Shown: positions 1 to 9,958 of the stretch, one piece after another
Numbering within the stretch: position 1 is the first letter of the stretch
Layout: every line of letters begins with the position of its first letter
Assembly: GCA_027021705.1 (NCBI GenBank)
Contig: JALUTT010000176.1
Coordinates: 13,247 to 77,246, forward strand
From: Anaerolineae bacterium
GTDB lineage: Bacteria; Chloroflexota; Anaerolineae; S140-20
Direction of reading: 5' to 3'
Length of the DNA: 64,000 nt
Translations under genes and position numbers: made by a program
The notes under the pieces: generated by a model
The model's database searches: none
What the model was told of the DNA's origin: nothing
What the model saw: only the letters and a program-made list of their open reading frames with translations

Positions 1-44
1 CGTGTCTCCCACCGCACCATCCTGGTTTTGATCACCAAGCCCAC

Positions 45-129
45 GACGGACACGAAGGACACCACGAGGACGCAGAAGCCAAATCTATATCCCTTTGTGT
101 CCTTTGTGCCCTTCGTGTCCTTCGTGTCC
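45..129. repeat. Imperfect palindrome built from ~9-bp units (REP-like)
   Basis: Left arm ACGGACACGAAGGACACCACGAGGAC; right arm GTCCTTTGTGCCCTTCGTGTCCTTCGTGTCC. Confidence 0.6.
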
Positions 130-199
130 CCCACTGCACACCGCCGGCCGCTGGCTGCTACGCCACTGCGCCGCTACGCCGCTAGCCGAAAAAAGGGGG

Positions 200-229
200 T
201 TGACGGCCTGGGGCCTTCTGTGGTATAAT
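200..229 (+). promoter_or_regulatory. sigma70-type promoter
   Basis: TTGACG-18 bp-TATAAT with extended -10 TG, upstream of the first M23 gene. Confidence 0.65.
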
Positions 230-281
230 CTGCTCGCTTTCCAGGGAGGCGGGTGGTCAGACCACCGCTCTCGGGGTGCCT

Positions 282-1616
282 ATGATTGAAACATTGAAAC
301 CTCCGCCTGCCGGTCAGGTCCGCGAAACCGCCCGGCCGCCGGAGGAGGGGCTGCGAAACCAAGAGATGTACCGCGTCGCCAAGGCCATCGGCGCCACCTG
401 GGCCCGGGAGGGCCTCGAAGGTCGGGAGCCATGGTCGTTGGACGATCGCCTGCGTCAGGCCCTCGCCCGGGGCATGGCCTGGCTCGTGACCACGGGCTGG
501 CGGGTCATGGCCGACTGGCGAGCCCTGGGGCCCGTCCTGACCCGCTACACAGCTCACCTGACGGTCCTCCTGCTCGCCCTCGCCGTCCTCCTCCTGGTCG
601 GCACCGACTTCTCCCCGACCTCGGTCACCCCCCCCTCCCTCACCCTTTCGGAACACGCCCTCCAGCGTCCGGCAGCGCTCCCCGCCTCCAGCCTCGGCCA
701 CGTCGGCGGCCCCTCGAAGCCGGTGGGGGTGCTCGCCTCGCCGCCGATGGAGCCCCCCAGCATCCTCACCCGGATGGCAGTCCCCACGACGACCATCCCC
801 GTCCGGCCCCGCCGCGATGTAATCACCTACACAGTCCAGCCGGGGGATACCATCTTTGGCATCGCCGGCGCCTTCGGCCTGGCCCCGGAGACGATCTACT
901 GGGCCAACTCGGAGACCCTCCACGACAACCCCCACCTGCTCCGTCCGGGGATGGTCCTCTACATCCTCCCCACCGACGGCATCTACCACACCGTCCAGGC
1001 CGGCGAGACCATTGAGGGGCTGGCCGAGAAGTACGGTGTCGAGCCTGAGGCCATCCTCAACGCCGAGTGGAACCATCTGAAGCGGGGACAGCCCCTCCAG
1101 GAGGGCCAGAAGCTGGTCATCCCGGGCGGTAAGCGGGAGTTCGTCGTCTGGCAACTGCCCAAGTACGCCAGTTCCGGCGTGCGGGGCCGGGGCAACACCG
1201 GCCTCTGCCGTGGCCCCTTCACCGGCGGCATCATCGGTCGGGGCATCTTCACCTGGCCGACGGCCGGCCGTCGCATCTCCGGCTGGTACTTCCGGGACCG
1301 CCGCAACCCGGCCCACGGCGGCATTGACATCGGCCTGCGGCTGGGCGATCCCGTCTACGCCGCCGACAACGGCCTCGTCGTCTACGCCGGCTGGAACACC
1401 TGGGGCTACGGCAACCTGGTCGTCATTGACCACGGCAACGGCTGGCAGACCTGGTACGCCCACCTAAGCCAGGTCAACGTCTCCTGCGGCCAGTCGGTCT
1501 GGCAAGGCGGGATCATCGGCCTGGGGGGCAGCACCGGTAACTCGACCGGCCCCCACCTCCACTTCGAGAGCCGCTACGAGGGCAAGCCCGCAGACCCCCT
1601 CAGCCTGCTTCCCTAG
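282..1616 (+). CDS. Membrane-anchored LysM x2 + M23 metallopeptidase
   Basis: TM helix, two LysM repeats (YTVQPGDT, HTVQAGET), M23 motifs HGGID and HLH, GYGNLVVIDHGNG. Confidence 0.9.
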   Translation: MIETLKPPPAGQVRETARPPEEGLRNQEMYRVAKAIGATWAREGLEGREPWSLDDRLRQALARGMAWLVTTGWRVMADWRALGPVLTRYTAHLTVLLLALAVLLLVGTDFSPTSVTPPSLTLSEHALQRPAALPASSLGHVGGPSKPVGVLASPPMEPPSILTRMAVPTTTIPVRPRRDVITYTVQPGDTIFGIAGAFGLAPETIYWANSETLHDNPHLLRPGMVLYILPTDGIYHTVQAGETIEGLAEKYGVEPEAILNAEWNHLKRGQPLQEGQKLVIPGGKREFVVWQLPKYASSGVRGRGNTGLCRGPFTGGIIGRGIFTWPTAGRRISGWYFRDRRNPAHGGIDIGLRLGDPVYAADNGLVVYAGWNTWGYGNLVVIDHGNGWQTWYAHLSQVNVSCGQSVWQGGIIGLGGSTGNSTGPHLHFESRYEGKPADPLSLLP

Positions 1617-1681
1617 CGGCCCCTCAGGTGAGATCCCGTGGACCACATCCCGCGTTCCCCTCGGCCACTCGGAGAGAAATC

Positions 1682-2911
1682 GTGATCGAAGCGACGATAC
1701 CCGATGATACCCCCTCGTCCGAAGAGGCCATGCCTTCCGGTCCGAGCTTCGCCCAGGACCTGGATGTCCGGCTGCGCCACGCCCTGGCCCGGCTGATCGC
1801 CATCCTGGTGACTCGGGCCTGGCAATTGGCTGCCGATTGGCGGGGGATGCGCCCCTTGCTCAGCCGTACCACGGCTCACCTGACCGTCCTCCTCCTGGCT
1901 GGCCTCGCCTTCCTCCTGCGCGACGCCCCCTTCCAGGCCGTGGCCCGGGAGTGGTCCTCTAACCCTCGGCCGGCCATTGCCGCCAGACTGGCCGCCTCTT
2001 CCTCGACCACCGATCCCCACAACGCCGCCTCGATGAAGAAGGCCGAGAGCACTTCCGGTCTCCTCCAGGTCACCGTGCGCGACCTCCAGGGAACGGGAGG
2101 GCAGGCGCTGGGACCGGCCCTCCTCACCCGGCGGGCAGACCCCAGGACGATCATCCCCCGGCGCCCGCGCCGGGGGGTCATCACCTACACCGTCCAACCC
2201 GGCGACACCGTCCAGAGCATCGCCGACGCCTTCGGATTGCAGCCCACCACCTTAATGTGGTCCAACCCCGCCGTCGAGACGGCCCCCGACCTCCTGCGCA
2301 TCGGCCAGGAGCTGATCATCTTGCCCGTGGACGGGGTCTACCACACCGTGGAGGAAGGCGACACGCTGGAGAGCATCGCCGAGAAGTACAAGGTCGAGGT
2401 TTCCGCCATCGTCGAACTCTCCTACAACCGCTTGGAGCCCCCCTACACCCTGGAAGCGGGGATGAAGCTGATCGTGCCCGGCGGCAAGAAACCTTACGTG
2501 CCCAAGAAGGTGACCAACTACACCGGGCCGGTGCCCCAGGGAGCGCGTGGGACCGGACGCTTCCAGTGGCCGGTGCTGGGCGTCATCACCCAGAGCTACT
2601 GGTGGGGACACCGGGCGCTGGACATCGCCGCCCCGACAGGAAGCGCGGTGCTGGCCGCCGACGGTGGGTTCATCAGCTTCGCCGGTTGGACCGACATCGG
2701 CTACGGCTACCTGATCGTCGTGGACCACGCCAACGGCTTCGCCACCTACTACGCCCACCTGAGCAACATCTACGTCACCACCGGCCAGGCAGTCAGCCGG
2801 GGCCAGGTGATCGGGGCCGTGGGCAGCACGGGGAACTCCACGGGGCCTCACCTCCACTTCGAAGTCCGCTACAACGGTGCGCAGCAGAACCCCTGGGCCT
2901 ATCTGCCTTGA
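1682..2911 (+). CDS. LysM x2 + M23 metallopeptidase (tandem paralogue)
   Basis: Same architecture; HRALD and HLHFEVR; GTG start after GGAGAG gives MIE.. as in the paralogue. Confidence 0.9.
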   Translation: MIEATIPDDTPSSEEAMPSGPSFAQDLDVRLRHALARLIAILVTRAWQLAADWRGMRPLLSRTTAHLTVLLLAGLAFLLRDAPFQAVAREWSSNPRPAIAARLAASSSTTDPHNAASMKKAESTSGLLQVTVRDLQGTGGQALGPALLTRRADPRTIIPRRPRRGVITYTVQPGDTVQSIADAFGLQPTTLMWSNPAVETAPDLLRIGQELIILPVDGVYHTVEEGDTLESIAEKYKVEVSAIVELSYNRLEPPYTLEAGMKLIVPGGKKPYVPKKVTNYTGPVPQGARGTGRFQWPVLGVITQSYWWGHRALDIAAPTGSAVLAADGGFISFAGWTDIGYGYLIVVDHANGFATYYAHLSNIYVTTGQAVSRGQVIGAVGSTGNSTGPHLHFEVRYNGAQQNPWAYLP

Positions 2912-2919
2912 GGGCGGCG

Positions 2920-3267
2920 ATGAGCGCGGATCGGGTGCCCCTCACGACCGGTGAGGACTTGGAAAAGCAGCTCCAAGAGGCCTCGACCCCCGTCCTCGTG
3001 GCCTTCTGCGCCTCCTGGTCCGGTCCCTCCACGATGCTCTCCCCCCTGCTGGAGGAGATCGCCCAGGAGCAGGCCGACCTCCTCCAGGTCGTCAAGGTGG
3101 ATGTAGACGGGGCGAGGCACCTGGCAGCCCACTATGGGGTAAAGCAGTTGCCGACCCTGCTCCTCTTCCGAGAGGGCAATGTCGTCGCCCGCCTCATCGG
3201 CTACATGCCCCGAGAGCGACTCCTCTCTCGCCTCCTTCCCCTCATCCGCCCTGAGAGCAGCCCTTAG
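2920..3267 (+). CDS. Thioredoxin-fold protein with non-canonical WSGPS active site
   Basis: PVLVAFCASWSGPS...VVKVDVD...YGVKQLPTLLLF, a classic Trx pattern; C-terminal part of ORF 2257..3267. Confidence 0.85.
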   Translation: MSADRVPLTTGEDLEKQLQEASTPVLVAFCASWSGPSTMLSPLLEEIAQEQADLLQVVKVDVDGARHLAAHYGVKQLPTLLLFREGNVVARLIGYMPRERLLSRLLPLIRPESSP

Positions 3268-3282
3268 AGCAGCCGTTCACAG

Positions 3283-3311
3283 TTGCCTTTCTCCCCACAA
3301 CGTGTTACAAT
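3283..3311 (+). promoter_or_regulatory. sigma70-type promoter
   Basis: TTGCCT-17 bp-TACAAT with extended TG. Confidence 0.55.
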
Positions 3312-3353
3312 TTCAACCACCACTTATCCAATTTCCCCTCTCAGGAGTCCGAG

Positions 3354-4736
3354 ATGCGGAACGCAGCTCTGGCCTATGCGGAGTCTCAGCGAGACGCCTT
3401 CCTCACCCAGCTCTTCGACTTCCTGCGCATCCCTAGCGTGAGCACCCAGCCGGCCCACCGCCCGGACATCGAACGGGCAGCCCGGTGGCTGGCAGACCAT
3501 ATGCGGGCCATCGGCCTGACCCGGGCCGAAGTCCTCCCCACCGCCGGCCACCCCGTCGTCTACGGGGAGTGGCTGGAGGCCGGCCCCCAGGCCGAGACCA
3601 TCCTCATCTACGGCCACTACGACGTGCAGCCCCCCGATCCGTTGGACCAGTGGCTCTCCCCGCCCTTCGAGCCCCAGGTCCGCGACGACAACCTCTACGC
3701 CCGGGGAGCGGCCGACGACAAGGGCCAGCTCTTCATCCACCTCAAGGCCGTCGAGTCCTACCTGAAGGGGGCGGGTCGGCTTCCCGTCAACGTCAAGTTC
3801 ATCCTGGAGGGCGAGGAGGAGAGCGGCAGCGGCGGGCTGGAAGCCTTCGTGCGGGCCGAGCGGGATCGCCTGCAGGCCACCGCCATCCTCGTCTCCGACA
3901 GCCCGATGCCCTCCCCCCAGCAGCCGGCGCTCCTCTACGCTTTGCGCGGGCTCACCTACATGGAAGTCACCGTCCAGGGACCCGATCACGACCTCCATTC
4001 GGGGAGCTACGGCGGTGCGGTGCGCAACCCGGCCGAAGCCCTCTGCGGCGTCCTGGCCCGCCTCAAGGACGAGGAGGGCCACATCACCATCCCCGGCTTC
4101 TACGACCGGGTGCGTCCCCTGGAGGCCGAAGAGCGGGAGGCGCTGGCCCGGCTGCCCTTCACCGAAGCCCGCTTCCTGCAGGAAACGGGCGTGCCGGCCC
4201 CCTGGGGCGAGGCCGGCTACACCGTCCTGGAGCAGATCACCGCCCGTCCCACGCTGGAGATCAACGGCCTCGTCAGCGGCTACACCGGCCCCGGCTCCAA
4301 GACCATCATCCCCGCCACCGCCGCTGCCAAGATCAGCATGCGGCTGGTGCCCGACCAGGACCCCGAGGAGATCGCCCGTCTCTTCACCGAGCACGTCGCC
4401 CGGCTGATGCCTCCCCAGGTCCGCGCCACCATCGAGACCCGTCACACCGCCTGGCCGGTGCTCATTGACCGCCACGCGTCGGCGATGGAAGCGGCCGCCC
4501 GCGCCCTAGAAGCGGTCTTCGGCGCTCCCCCCGTCTACACCCGGGAAGGCGGCACCATCCCCATCGTCGCCACCTTCCAGCGCCAACTGGGCGCTCCCGT
4601 GGTGCTGATGGGATTCGGCCTGCCCGACGACAACCTGCACGCCCCCAACGAGAAGTTCCACCTGCCCAACTTCTATCGGGGCATCGCCGCGTCCATCCAT
4701 TTCCTGGCCGAGATGGGGGCGCTGAGGACCGGATGA
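3354..4736 (+). CDS. M20 family dipeptidase (ArgE/DapE/CNDP-like)
   Basis: YGHYDVQP, ARGAADDKGQ, EGEEESGS, DLHSG, HAPNEK motifs. Confidence 0.92.
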   Translation: MRNAALAYAESQRDAFLTQLFDFLRIPSVSTQPAHRPDIERAARWLADHMRAIGLTRAEVLPTAGHPVVYGEWLEAGPQAETILIYGHYDVQPPDPLDQWLSPPFEPQVRDDNLYARGAADDKGQLFIHLKAVESYLKGAGRLPVNVKFILEGEEESGSGGLEAFVRAERDRLQATAILVSDSPMPSPQQPALLYALRGLTYMEVTVQGPDHDLHSGSYGGAVRNPAEALCGVLARLKDEEGHITIPGFYDRVRPLEAEEREALARLPFTEARFLQETGVPAPWGEAGYTVLEQITARPTLEINGLVSGYTGPGSKTIIPATAAAKISMRLVPDQDPEEIARLFTEHVARLMPPQVRATIETRHTAWPVLIDRHASAMEAAARALEAVFGAPPVYTREGGTIPIVATFQRQLGAPVVLMGFGLPDDNLHAPNEKFHLPNFYRGIAASIHFLAEMGALRTG

Positions 4737-4816
4737 GAGAGAAGGAGAGTCAGCGACCAATCGTTCTCCTTCCGTTGTAGACCCGTATACCCTTTTTGTG
4801 GTAAGATAGCGGGTAG

Positions 4817-4930
4817 CTGTTCACCCTCCCGCAGGTTAGGCGCGTCTCCGACGCGAAACCGTGCTTCAAATAGTCCATCGGGGCTGAAAGCGCCCTCGAC
4901 CGGTGACCCGCGGGAGGGTAGGCCATAGAT
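4817..4930. repeat. ~115-bp dispersed hairpin element, copy 1 (REP/MITE-like)
   Basis: CTGTTCACCCTCCCGCAGGTTAGGCGCG...GGTGACCCGCGGGAGGGTAGGCCATAGAT; near-identical to 9959-10074 and 15723-15836. Confidence 0.9.
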
Positions 4931-4983
4931 ACGATAACGGCACCGTTCGTCCGCCCATTCTGAGTTGTCGAGGAGATCTGGTG

Positions 4984-6156
4984 ATGCACCGGTTTCATCG
5001 TTTCTGGACCCTTCTGTTGCTGATCCTCCTGGGCGGGACCATGCTGCCCGGAGCCGCCCTGGCTGCTCCCCAATCTCCAGACCGGCGCCTCGCCTGGGAG
5101 GGAAAGGATGCCGCCTGTGCCCGTCAGATCGTCTGGGACGGAAGGCTGCGCTGTCTCGACTACCTCTTCACCACCCCGGCCTCGGTGATCGCCCTGCTGC
5201 GCCTGCCGGCCACCCTTCCCCCCCTGGAGGTGGAACCCCTGGAGAACGAGGCGATGAAGGAGATCCTCCCCTTCACCTACGCCTACGTCAACCAGAACAA
5301 CGTCCCCGTCTACCGCCATCCGGCCGAGGGCGTCGCGGGCGCTCCCCCCAAGCGGATCCTGGAGTACGGCTACCTCTGGGTGAGCGTCGAAGGAAAAGTG
5401 ACCTACGAGGGAAGCCAGTGGTATCAGATCAACGAGGGTGAGTACGTACCCGCCTCGACCTTGAGCCTCTACGAACCCTCCCGCTTCCGAGGCATCTTCC
5501 TCCCCACCCAGCCGGCCACCCCCTTCGCCTGGATTCTCCGCGCCGTGCGCCCCCGCCAGACCCCTGGTGGGGAGGTCAACCCAGAGGCCCCGCTGCGCCG
5601 CCGCTATGAACTGGTCAACATCCTGGAGGCCCGCCAGATCGGGGATCAGGTCTGGTACCGCATCGGCCCCGACCAGTGGATCAACCAGATCTACGTCGGC
5701 AAGGTAGAGGTCACCTCCCGCCCCCCAGAGGTCGGTCCCAACGAGAAGTGGATTGACGTTAACCTCTTCGAGCAGACTCTGGCGGCCTATGAAGGGGATC
5801 GGATGGTCTACGCCACCCTCGTCTCCAGCGGCCTGCCCGGCTGGGATACCCCCCCTGGCCTCTTCCGCATCTGGGTCAAGGTCAAGCACGGCAAGATGAG
5901 CGGATCCGTGGGTAAGCCAGACTACTACTACCTGGAGGATGTTCCCTGGACGATGTACTTCAACCGGGACATCGCCCTCCACGGAGCCTACTGGCACGAC
6001 AGCTTTGGCTACAGGCACAGCCACGGTTGTGTGAACCTGGCACCGGCCGATGCCTACTGGCTCTTCCAGTGGACCACACCCTACGTCGGCCCCGACGGCC
6101 CCCGAGTGGTTTACGCCAAGGACAACGGCACGTGGGTCCGGGTCCGGGAGCGATGA
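4984..6156 (+). CDS. L,D-transpeptidase (YkuD domain), exported
   Basis: Signal peptide; C-terminal ALHGAYWH...SHGCVNL catalytic motif. Confidence 0.9.
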   Translation: MHRFHRFWTLLLLILLGGTMLPGAALAAPQSPDRRLAWEGKDAACARQIVWDGRLRCLDYLFTTPASVIALLRLPATLPPLEVEPLENEAMKEILPFTYAYVNQNNVPVYRHPAEGVAGAPPKRILEYGYLWVSVEGKVTYEGSQWYQINEGEYVPASTLSLYEPSRFRGIFLPTQPATPFAWILRAVRPRQTPGGEVNPEAPLRRRYELVNILEARQIGDQVWYRIGPDQWINQIYVGKVEVTSRPPEVGPNEKWIDVNLFEQTLAAYEGDRMVYATLVSSGLPGWDTPPGLFRIWVKVKHGKMSGSVGKPDYYYLEDVPWTMYFNRDIALHGAYWHDSFGYRHSHGCVNLAPADAYWLFQWTTPYVGPDGPRVVYAKDNGTWVRVRER

Positions 6157-7898
6157 AAGAAGGCACTTCTCCTAAAAAGCCGGGAAGGCCGGGAGGACCG
6201 GGCCTGCGGGCATGGCTCTGGAGCCTGCTCTTGCCCGGTCTCCTCCTGCTGATGACGCTGGCCTGCGGGGGGGAGAGAGCGCTTCCCTCGCCCCCGCCTC
6301 CCCTTTCCTCACCCACCCCCTTCCCGCTGCCGCCACCGACATCGCCCTCCATCCCGTCTCCTACGCCCCCACCAACGCCGACGCCCATCCCCCTCTCCCT
6401 GGCGGCCGGGGTGCCCATCCCGCTCCAGCAGGCAGCCACCGCCCTCATCGAAGCCTACCCCAACCGCTACCGTCCGGCCGGCGACCGTGAGGGCGGAGGT
6501 GTACAGATCCAGATCGCCCCCCCCACCCCCGCCGGCCCAACCATCGAGTGGGTCTACGCCCTCGTCGCGCCCTTCCCCACCATCCCCGATGGCGTCGCCT
6601 GGGCCGACGTGGAGGCGGCCTGGGACGGAACACTGACCGAGGGGCCGTTCGCCCACCGGCCGCTGCTGATGAGCCCGGCGACAGAGGCCGCTCTGGCCCA
6701 GGCCGTCTTTGGTCGGCCCCCCGGCCCCGACGCCGTCCTCGCCCTCCCCGCCGAACAGCTCCTCGACCGGGCCTGGGCCGAGCGCCCCGCCTGGGCCATC
6801 GTCCCCTTCGAGGCGCTGGAGCCTCGCTGGAAGGTGCTGCGCGTAGACGGACGCTCCCCGCTGGACCGGGGGCTGGACACCCGGCAGTACCCCCTGGTCG
6901 TCCGCCTCGGCGTGACCGCCTCCGACCCGGAGTTGGCGGCCCGCTTTCTGGCCGACGCGACGCTGCCCCTCACCAACCGGGACGAATCCCAGATGACCGT
7001 GCTACTGATGACCGGCGTCACCGCCCTGGTACGGGCCACCGCCTGGAAGATGGAGCAGAAGGGCATCCTCTACCCGGCCCAAGACATCGGCGATTGGCTG
7101 CGGTCGGCGGACATCACCCACATCAGCAACGAGATCCCCTTCGCCGAGGACTGCCCCTTCCCTAACCCGGTCCAGGAGGACCTGGTCTTCTGCTCCGATC
7201 CCCGCTACATCGAACTGCTGGAGTCCATCGGGACGGACATCGTGGAACTGACGGGCAACCACTTCGCCGACTATGGAGCCGAAGCGACCCTGCTGACGGT
7301 GGCGATGTACGAGGAGCGGGGCTGGCCCTACTACGGCGGGGGGCGCAACCTGGCCGAGGCCCAGCGGCCCGTCACCATCACCCACAACGGGAACACCTTC
7401 GGCTTCCTGGGGTGCAACCCGGTGGGGCCGGCCTTCGCCTGGGCGACGGAGGAACAGCCAGGCGCGGCCCCCTGCGACTTCGACCTGATGCACGCCCAGA
7501 TTCGGCAGTTACGGGCCCAGGGGGTCCTGCCCATCGTCACCTGGCAGTACTGGGAGTTCTACGACTACGCGCCCACGCCCCAACAGCAGGCCGACTTCCG
7601 GGGGATGGCCGAGGCCGGCGCCGTCATCGTCAGCGGCAGCCAGGCTCACCACCCCCAGGCCATCGAGTTCTACCGGGGGGCCTTCATCCACTACGGCCTG
7701 GGGAACCTCTTCTTCGACCAGATGGACGAACTGGAGACGCGGCAGGAAATCCTGGACCGCCACGTCTTCTACGCCGGTCGGCACATCAGCACCGAACTGC
7801 TGACGGCGATGCTGGAGGAGTACGCCCGTCCTCGACCGATGACCGAGGAGGAGCGCCGCCAGCTCCTGGAAGCCCTCTTCGCCGCCAGTGGCTGGTAG
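6153..7898 (+). CDS. CapA/PgsA-family metallophosphoesterase-like lipoprotein
   Basis: Lipobox TLAC, Pro-rich linker, ELTGNHFADYG, GSQAHHPQ, YGLGNLFFDQ; ATGA overlap with the upstream gene. Confidence 0.8.
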   Translation: MKEGTSPKKPGRPGGPGLRAWLWSLLLPGLLLLMTLACGGERALPSPPPPLSSPTPFPLPPPTSPSIPSPTPPPTPTPIPLSLAAGVPIPLQQAATALIEAYPNRYRPAGDREGGGVQIQIAPPTPAGPTIEWVYALVAPFPTIPDGVAWADVEAAWDGTLTEGPFAHRPLLMSPATEAALAQAVFGRPPGPDAVLALPAEQLLDRAWAERPAWAIVPFEALEPRWKVLRVDGRSPLDRGLDTRQYPLVVRLGVTASDPELAARFLADATLPLTNRDESQMTVLLMTGVTALVRATAWKMEQKGILYPAQDIGDWLRSADITHISNEIPFAEDCPFPNPVQEDLVFCSDPRYIELLESIGTDIVELTGNHFADYGAEATLLTVAMYEERGWPYYGGGRNLAEAQRPVTITHNGNTFGFLGCNPVGPAFAWATEEQPGAAPCDFDLMHAQIRQLRAQGVLPIVTWQYWEFYDYAPTPQQQADFRGMAEAGAVIVSGSQAHHPQAIEFYRGAFIHYGLGNLFFDQMDELETRQEILDRHVFYAGRHISTELLTAMLEEYARPRPMTEEERRQLLEALFAASGW

Positions 7899-7934
7899 CG
7901 CGAGGCAGAGCAGTGGAATCTAGGAGGCGAGAAG

Positions 7935-8294
7935 ATGGCCAAGGCAAGGCGTCCTACGGCAATGGAGTTCGGCTCGATGCCCCTGGACCCCAAGTATGCC
8001 TGGGGGAGGGTGTACGAGCCGGTGGAGGAGATGCTGAACCAGTTGAGCCGGCTGCTGGAGGAGATCGCCAAAGAGGTCTACTACGGCAAGGAGTTCACCG
8101 ACCCCGAACTGGAGGACCGCATCCTCTCCCGCCTCGACGAACTGGTGGAACAGGGGGTGCTGGAGCGGATGCCGGACGAGGAGGGGGCGATGTGGAAGCG
8201 GGTGCTGGGGCGTCGCAAGTACCTGCGAGCCCAGCGGGTCCGCATCAAGCGCATGGTCGAGTACTGGCGAGACCATGGCGGACCCGACATCTAG
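7935..8294 (+). CDS. Hypothetical small helical protein
   Basis: RBS AGGAGG, host-like codon usage, no recognised motif. Confidence 0.75.
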   Translation: MAKARRPTAMEFGSMPLDPKYAWGRVYEPVEEMLNQLSRLLEEIAKEVYYGKEFTDPELEDRILSRLDELVEQGVLERMPDEEGAMWKRVLGRRKYLRAQRVRIKRMVEYWRDHGGPDI

Positions 8295-8493
8295 CGGCGT
8301 TTGAACCACCGGCCGATATGCATATGCAGGAAGCAGGGTTCAACAAAACAGAGCGTCCGTTTGATCCGGTCATGCAGCCTCTCCTGGACGTTGTTCGTTC
8401 GAGGCAGACCTATCCTGAGACATCGGCAACCCCGACATCCCAATGCGTTTGTTCGTTCTCCCCTCCGTTGACGAACCCCCGTCCCGGAGCCCC

Positions 8494-9942
8494 TCAGACC
8501 TCGGCCCCCAGAACCCGCCCGGCAGCCTCCTGAGCCTGGCGGATGCAGTCGGGAAGGCCGATCCCCCGGTAGGCGGCCCCGGCCAGGATCAGCCCCGGAT
8601 GCTCGCCCAGCACCTCGTCCAGTTCCTGCAACCGCTCCAGATGGCCCACCCGATACTGGGGCATCGCCCGGGGCCAGCGGTGCACCCACACCCGCACGGC
8701 CCGGCCCTCCAGGCCCAGCAGGTCCCGCAGCTCCTCCCAGGCCAGGCGGCCCAGTTCCTCGTCGTCCTGAGCCAGGACCCCCTCTTGGCCGGCCCGTCCG
8801 AAGAAGCAGCGCAGCAGGACGAAGCCCTCCGGCGCCCGCCCCGGCCACTTGGAAGCGCTCCAGGTGCAGGCCGTCAGCGCCCGCCCCTCGGTGCGGGAGA
8901 CGACGAAGCCGGTGCCGTCCAGCGGATGGGCCACCTGCTCCCGGCGCAGGGCCAGCGTCACCACGGCGGTGGAGGCGTAGGCGATGTCGGACAGCAGCTC
9001 GGCGGCCTGGGGGCTCAGGGAGGCCACCATCTCGGCCGCGGCGTAGGCGGGCACCGCCAGCACAACGGCGTCCGCCTCGATCGCCCGCCCCTCGGCCAGC
9101 CGCAGTCGGTAAGCGGGTGCCGTGTTCCGCCGTTGGACCTCCACCACGCGCTGGCCCAGGATCACCGAGACGTCCGGGGTCTCCCGCAACCGGGCCTGAA
9201 GCGCCTTCACCAACTCGCTCAGGCCCGACCGCAGGGTCCTGAAGGGAGATCGGGAGACGGGAGCTTTCGGAGGCGCGGAGGCCGGGGGACGTCGGCGGCG
9301 CACGGCCAGGGTTCCGGCGATCAGGCTCCTGTGTCGGCGTTCCATCTCTCGGAAGCGGGGGAAAGTGGCCAGCAGGCTGAGCTGGTCGGCGTCGGCGGCG
9401 TAGATGCCGGCCAGCAGCGGCTCGGCCAGCCGCTCCAGCGCCTCGCGGCCTAGCCGTCGCCGCACGAAGTGGCCCAGGGACTCATCCCCCCCGTCGCGCC
9501 GGGGCGGCACCAGGAGGTCCAGCCCCATCCGCAGCTTGCCCCAGGGGGAGAAGAGGTCGCTGCGCAGGAAGGGGCCGAAGCGGGTCGGCACCAGCCCCAT
9601 CACCCCCTCCGGCAGCCGCCGCAGCCGCCCCCCCACCAGCACGAAGGTCTTGTGGTTCTGGGGCTGCGGCCCCACCACCTGATCAGCCAGCCCCAGCTCT
9701 TGGCAGAGCCGGAGCGCCCAGGGCTTCGTCGTCAGGAAGGCGTCCGGCCCCCCCTCGACGAGGAAGCCGTCCTCCCGCTCCGTCAGCACCTTGCCGCCCA
9801 GCCGGGGCCCTGCCTCGATCAGGTAGACCTCCAAGGGCCGCTGCTGAGCCCGGGCCTGGGCCTGCAGGAAGTAGGCGGTGGCCAGCCCGGTGATGCCCCC
9901 GCCGACAATGGCGATCCGTGAAAGGGCTCTGTTTTCGCTCAT
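8494..9942 (-). CDS. hemY: HemY-type (CgoX) coproporphyrinogen/protoporphyrinogen oxidase
   Basis: IAIVGGGITGL FAD motif, EGGPDAF, GIGLPDCI; start MSENR after GGAG. Confidence 0.93.
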   Translation of the reverse strand: MSENRALSRIAIVGGGITGLATAYFLQAQARAQQRPLEVYLIEAGPRLGGKVLTEREDGFLVEGGPDAFLTTKPWALRLCQELGLADQVVGPQPQNHKTFVLVGGRLRRLPEGVMGLVPTRFGPFLRSDLFSPWGKLRMGLDLLVPPRRDGGDESLGHFVRRRLGREALERLAEPLLAGIYAADADQLSLLATFPRFREMERRHRSLIAGTLAVRRRRPPASAPPKAPVSRSPFRTLRSGLSELVKALQARLRETPDVSVILGQRVVEVQRRNTAPAYRLRLAEGRAIEADAVVLAVPAYAAAEMVASLSPQAAELLSDIAYASTAVVTLALRREQVAHPLDGTGFVVSRTEGRALTACTWSASKWPGRAPEGFVLLRCFFGRAGQEGVLAQDDEELGRLAWEELRDLLGLEGRAVRVWVHRWPRAMPQYRVGHLERLQELDEVLGEHPGLILAGAAYRGIGLPDCIRQAQEAAGRVLGAEV

Positions 9943-9958
9943 CGTTCTCCATTGAGAA

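Noticed and set aside
2257..2919. Long N-terminal extension of the thioredoxin ORF
   Set aside because: Alternative frame inside the M23 gene; the Trx fold starts at ATG 2920
4817..4930. 115-bp element as an integron attC site (contains GTTAGGC)
   Set aside because: No properly placed RYYYAAC partner, copy 3 has GTGAGGC, the flanks are housekeeping genes and there is no integrase
8295..8493. Lower-GC spacer between convergent genes as ncRNA or gene remnant
   Set aside because: No convincing structure, repeat or coding signal
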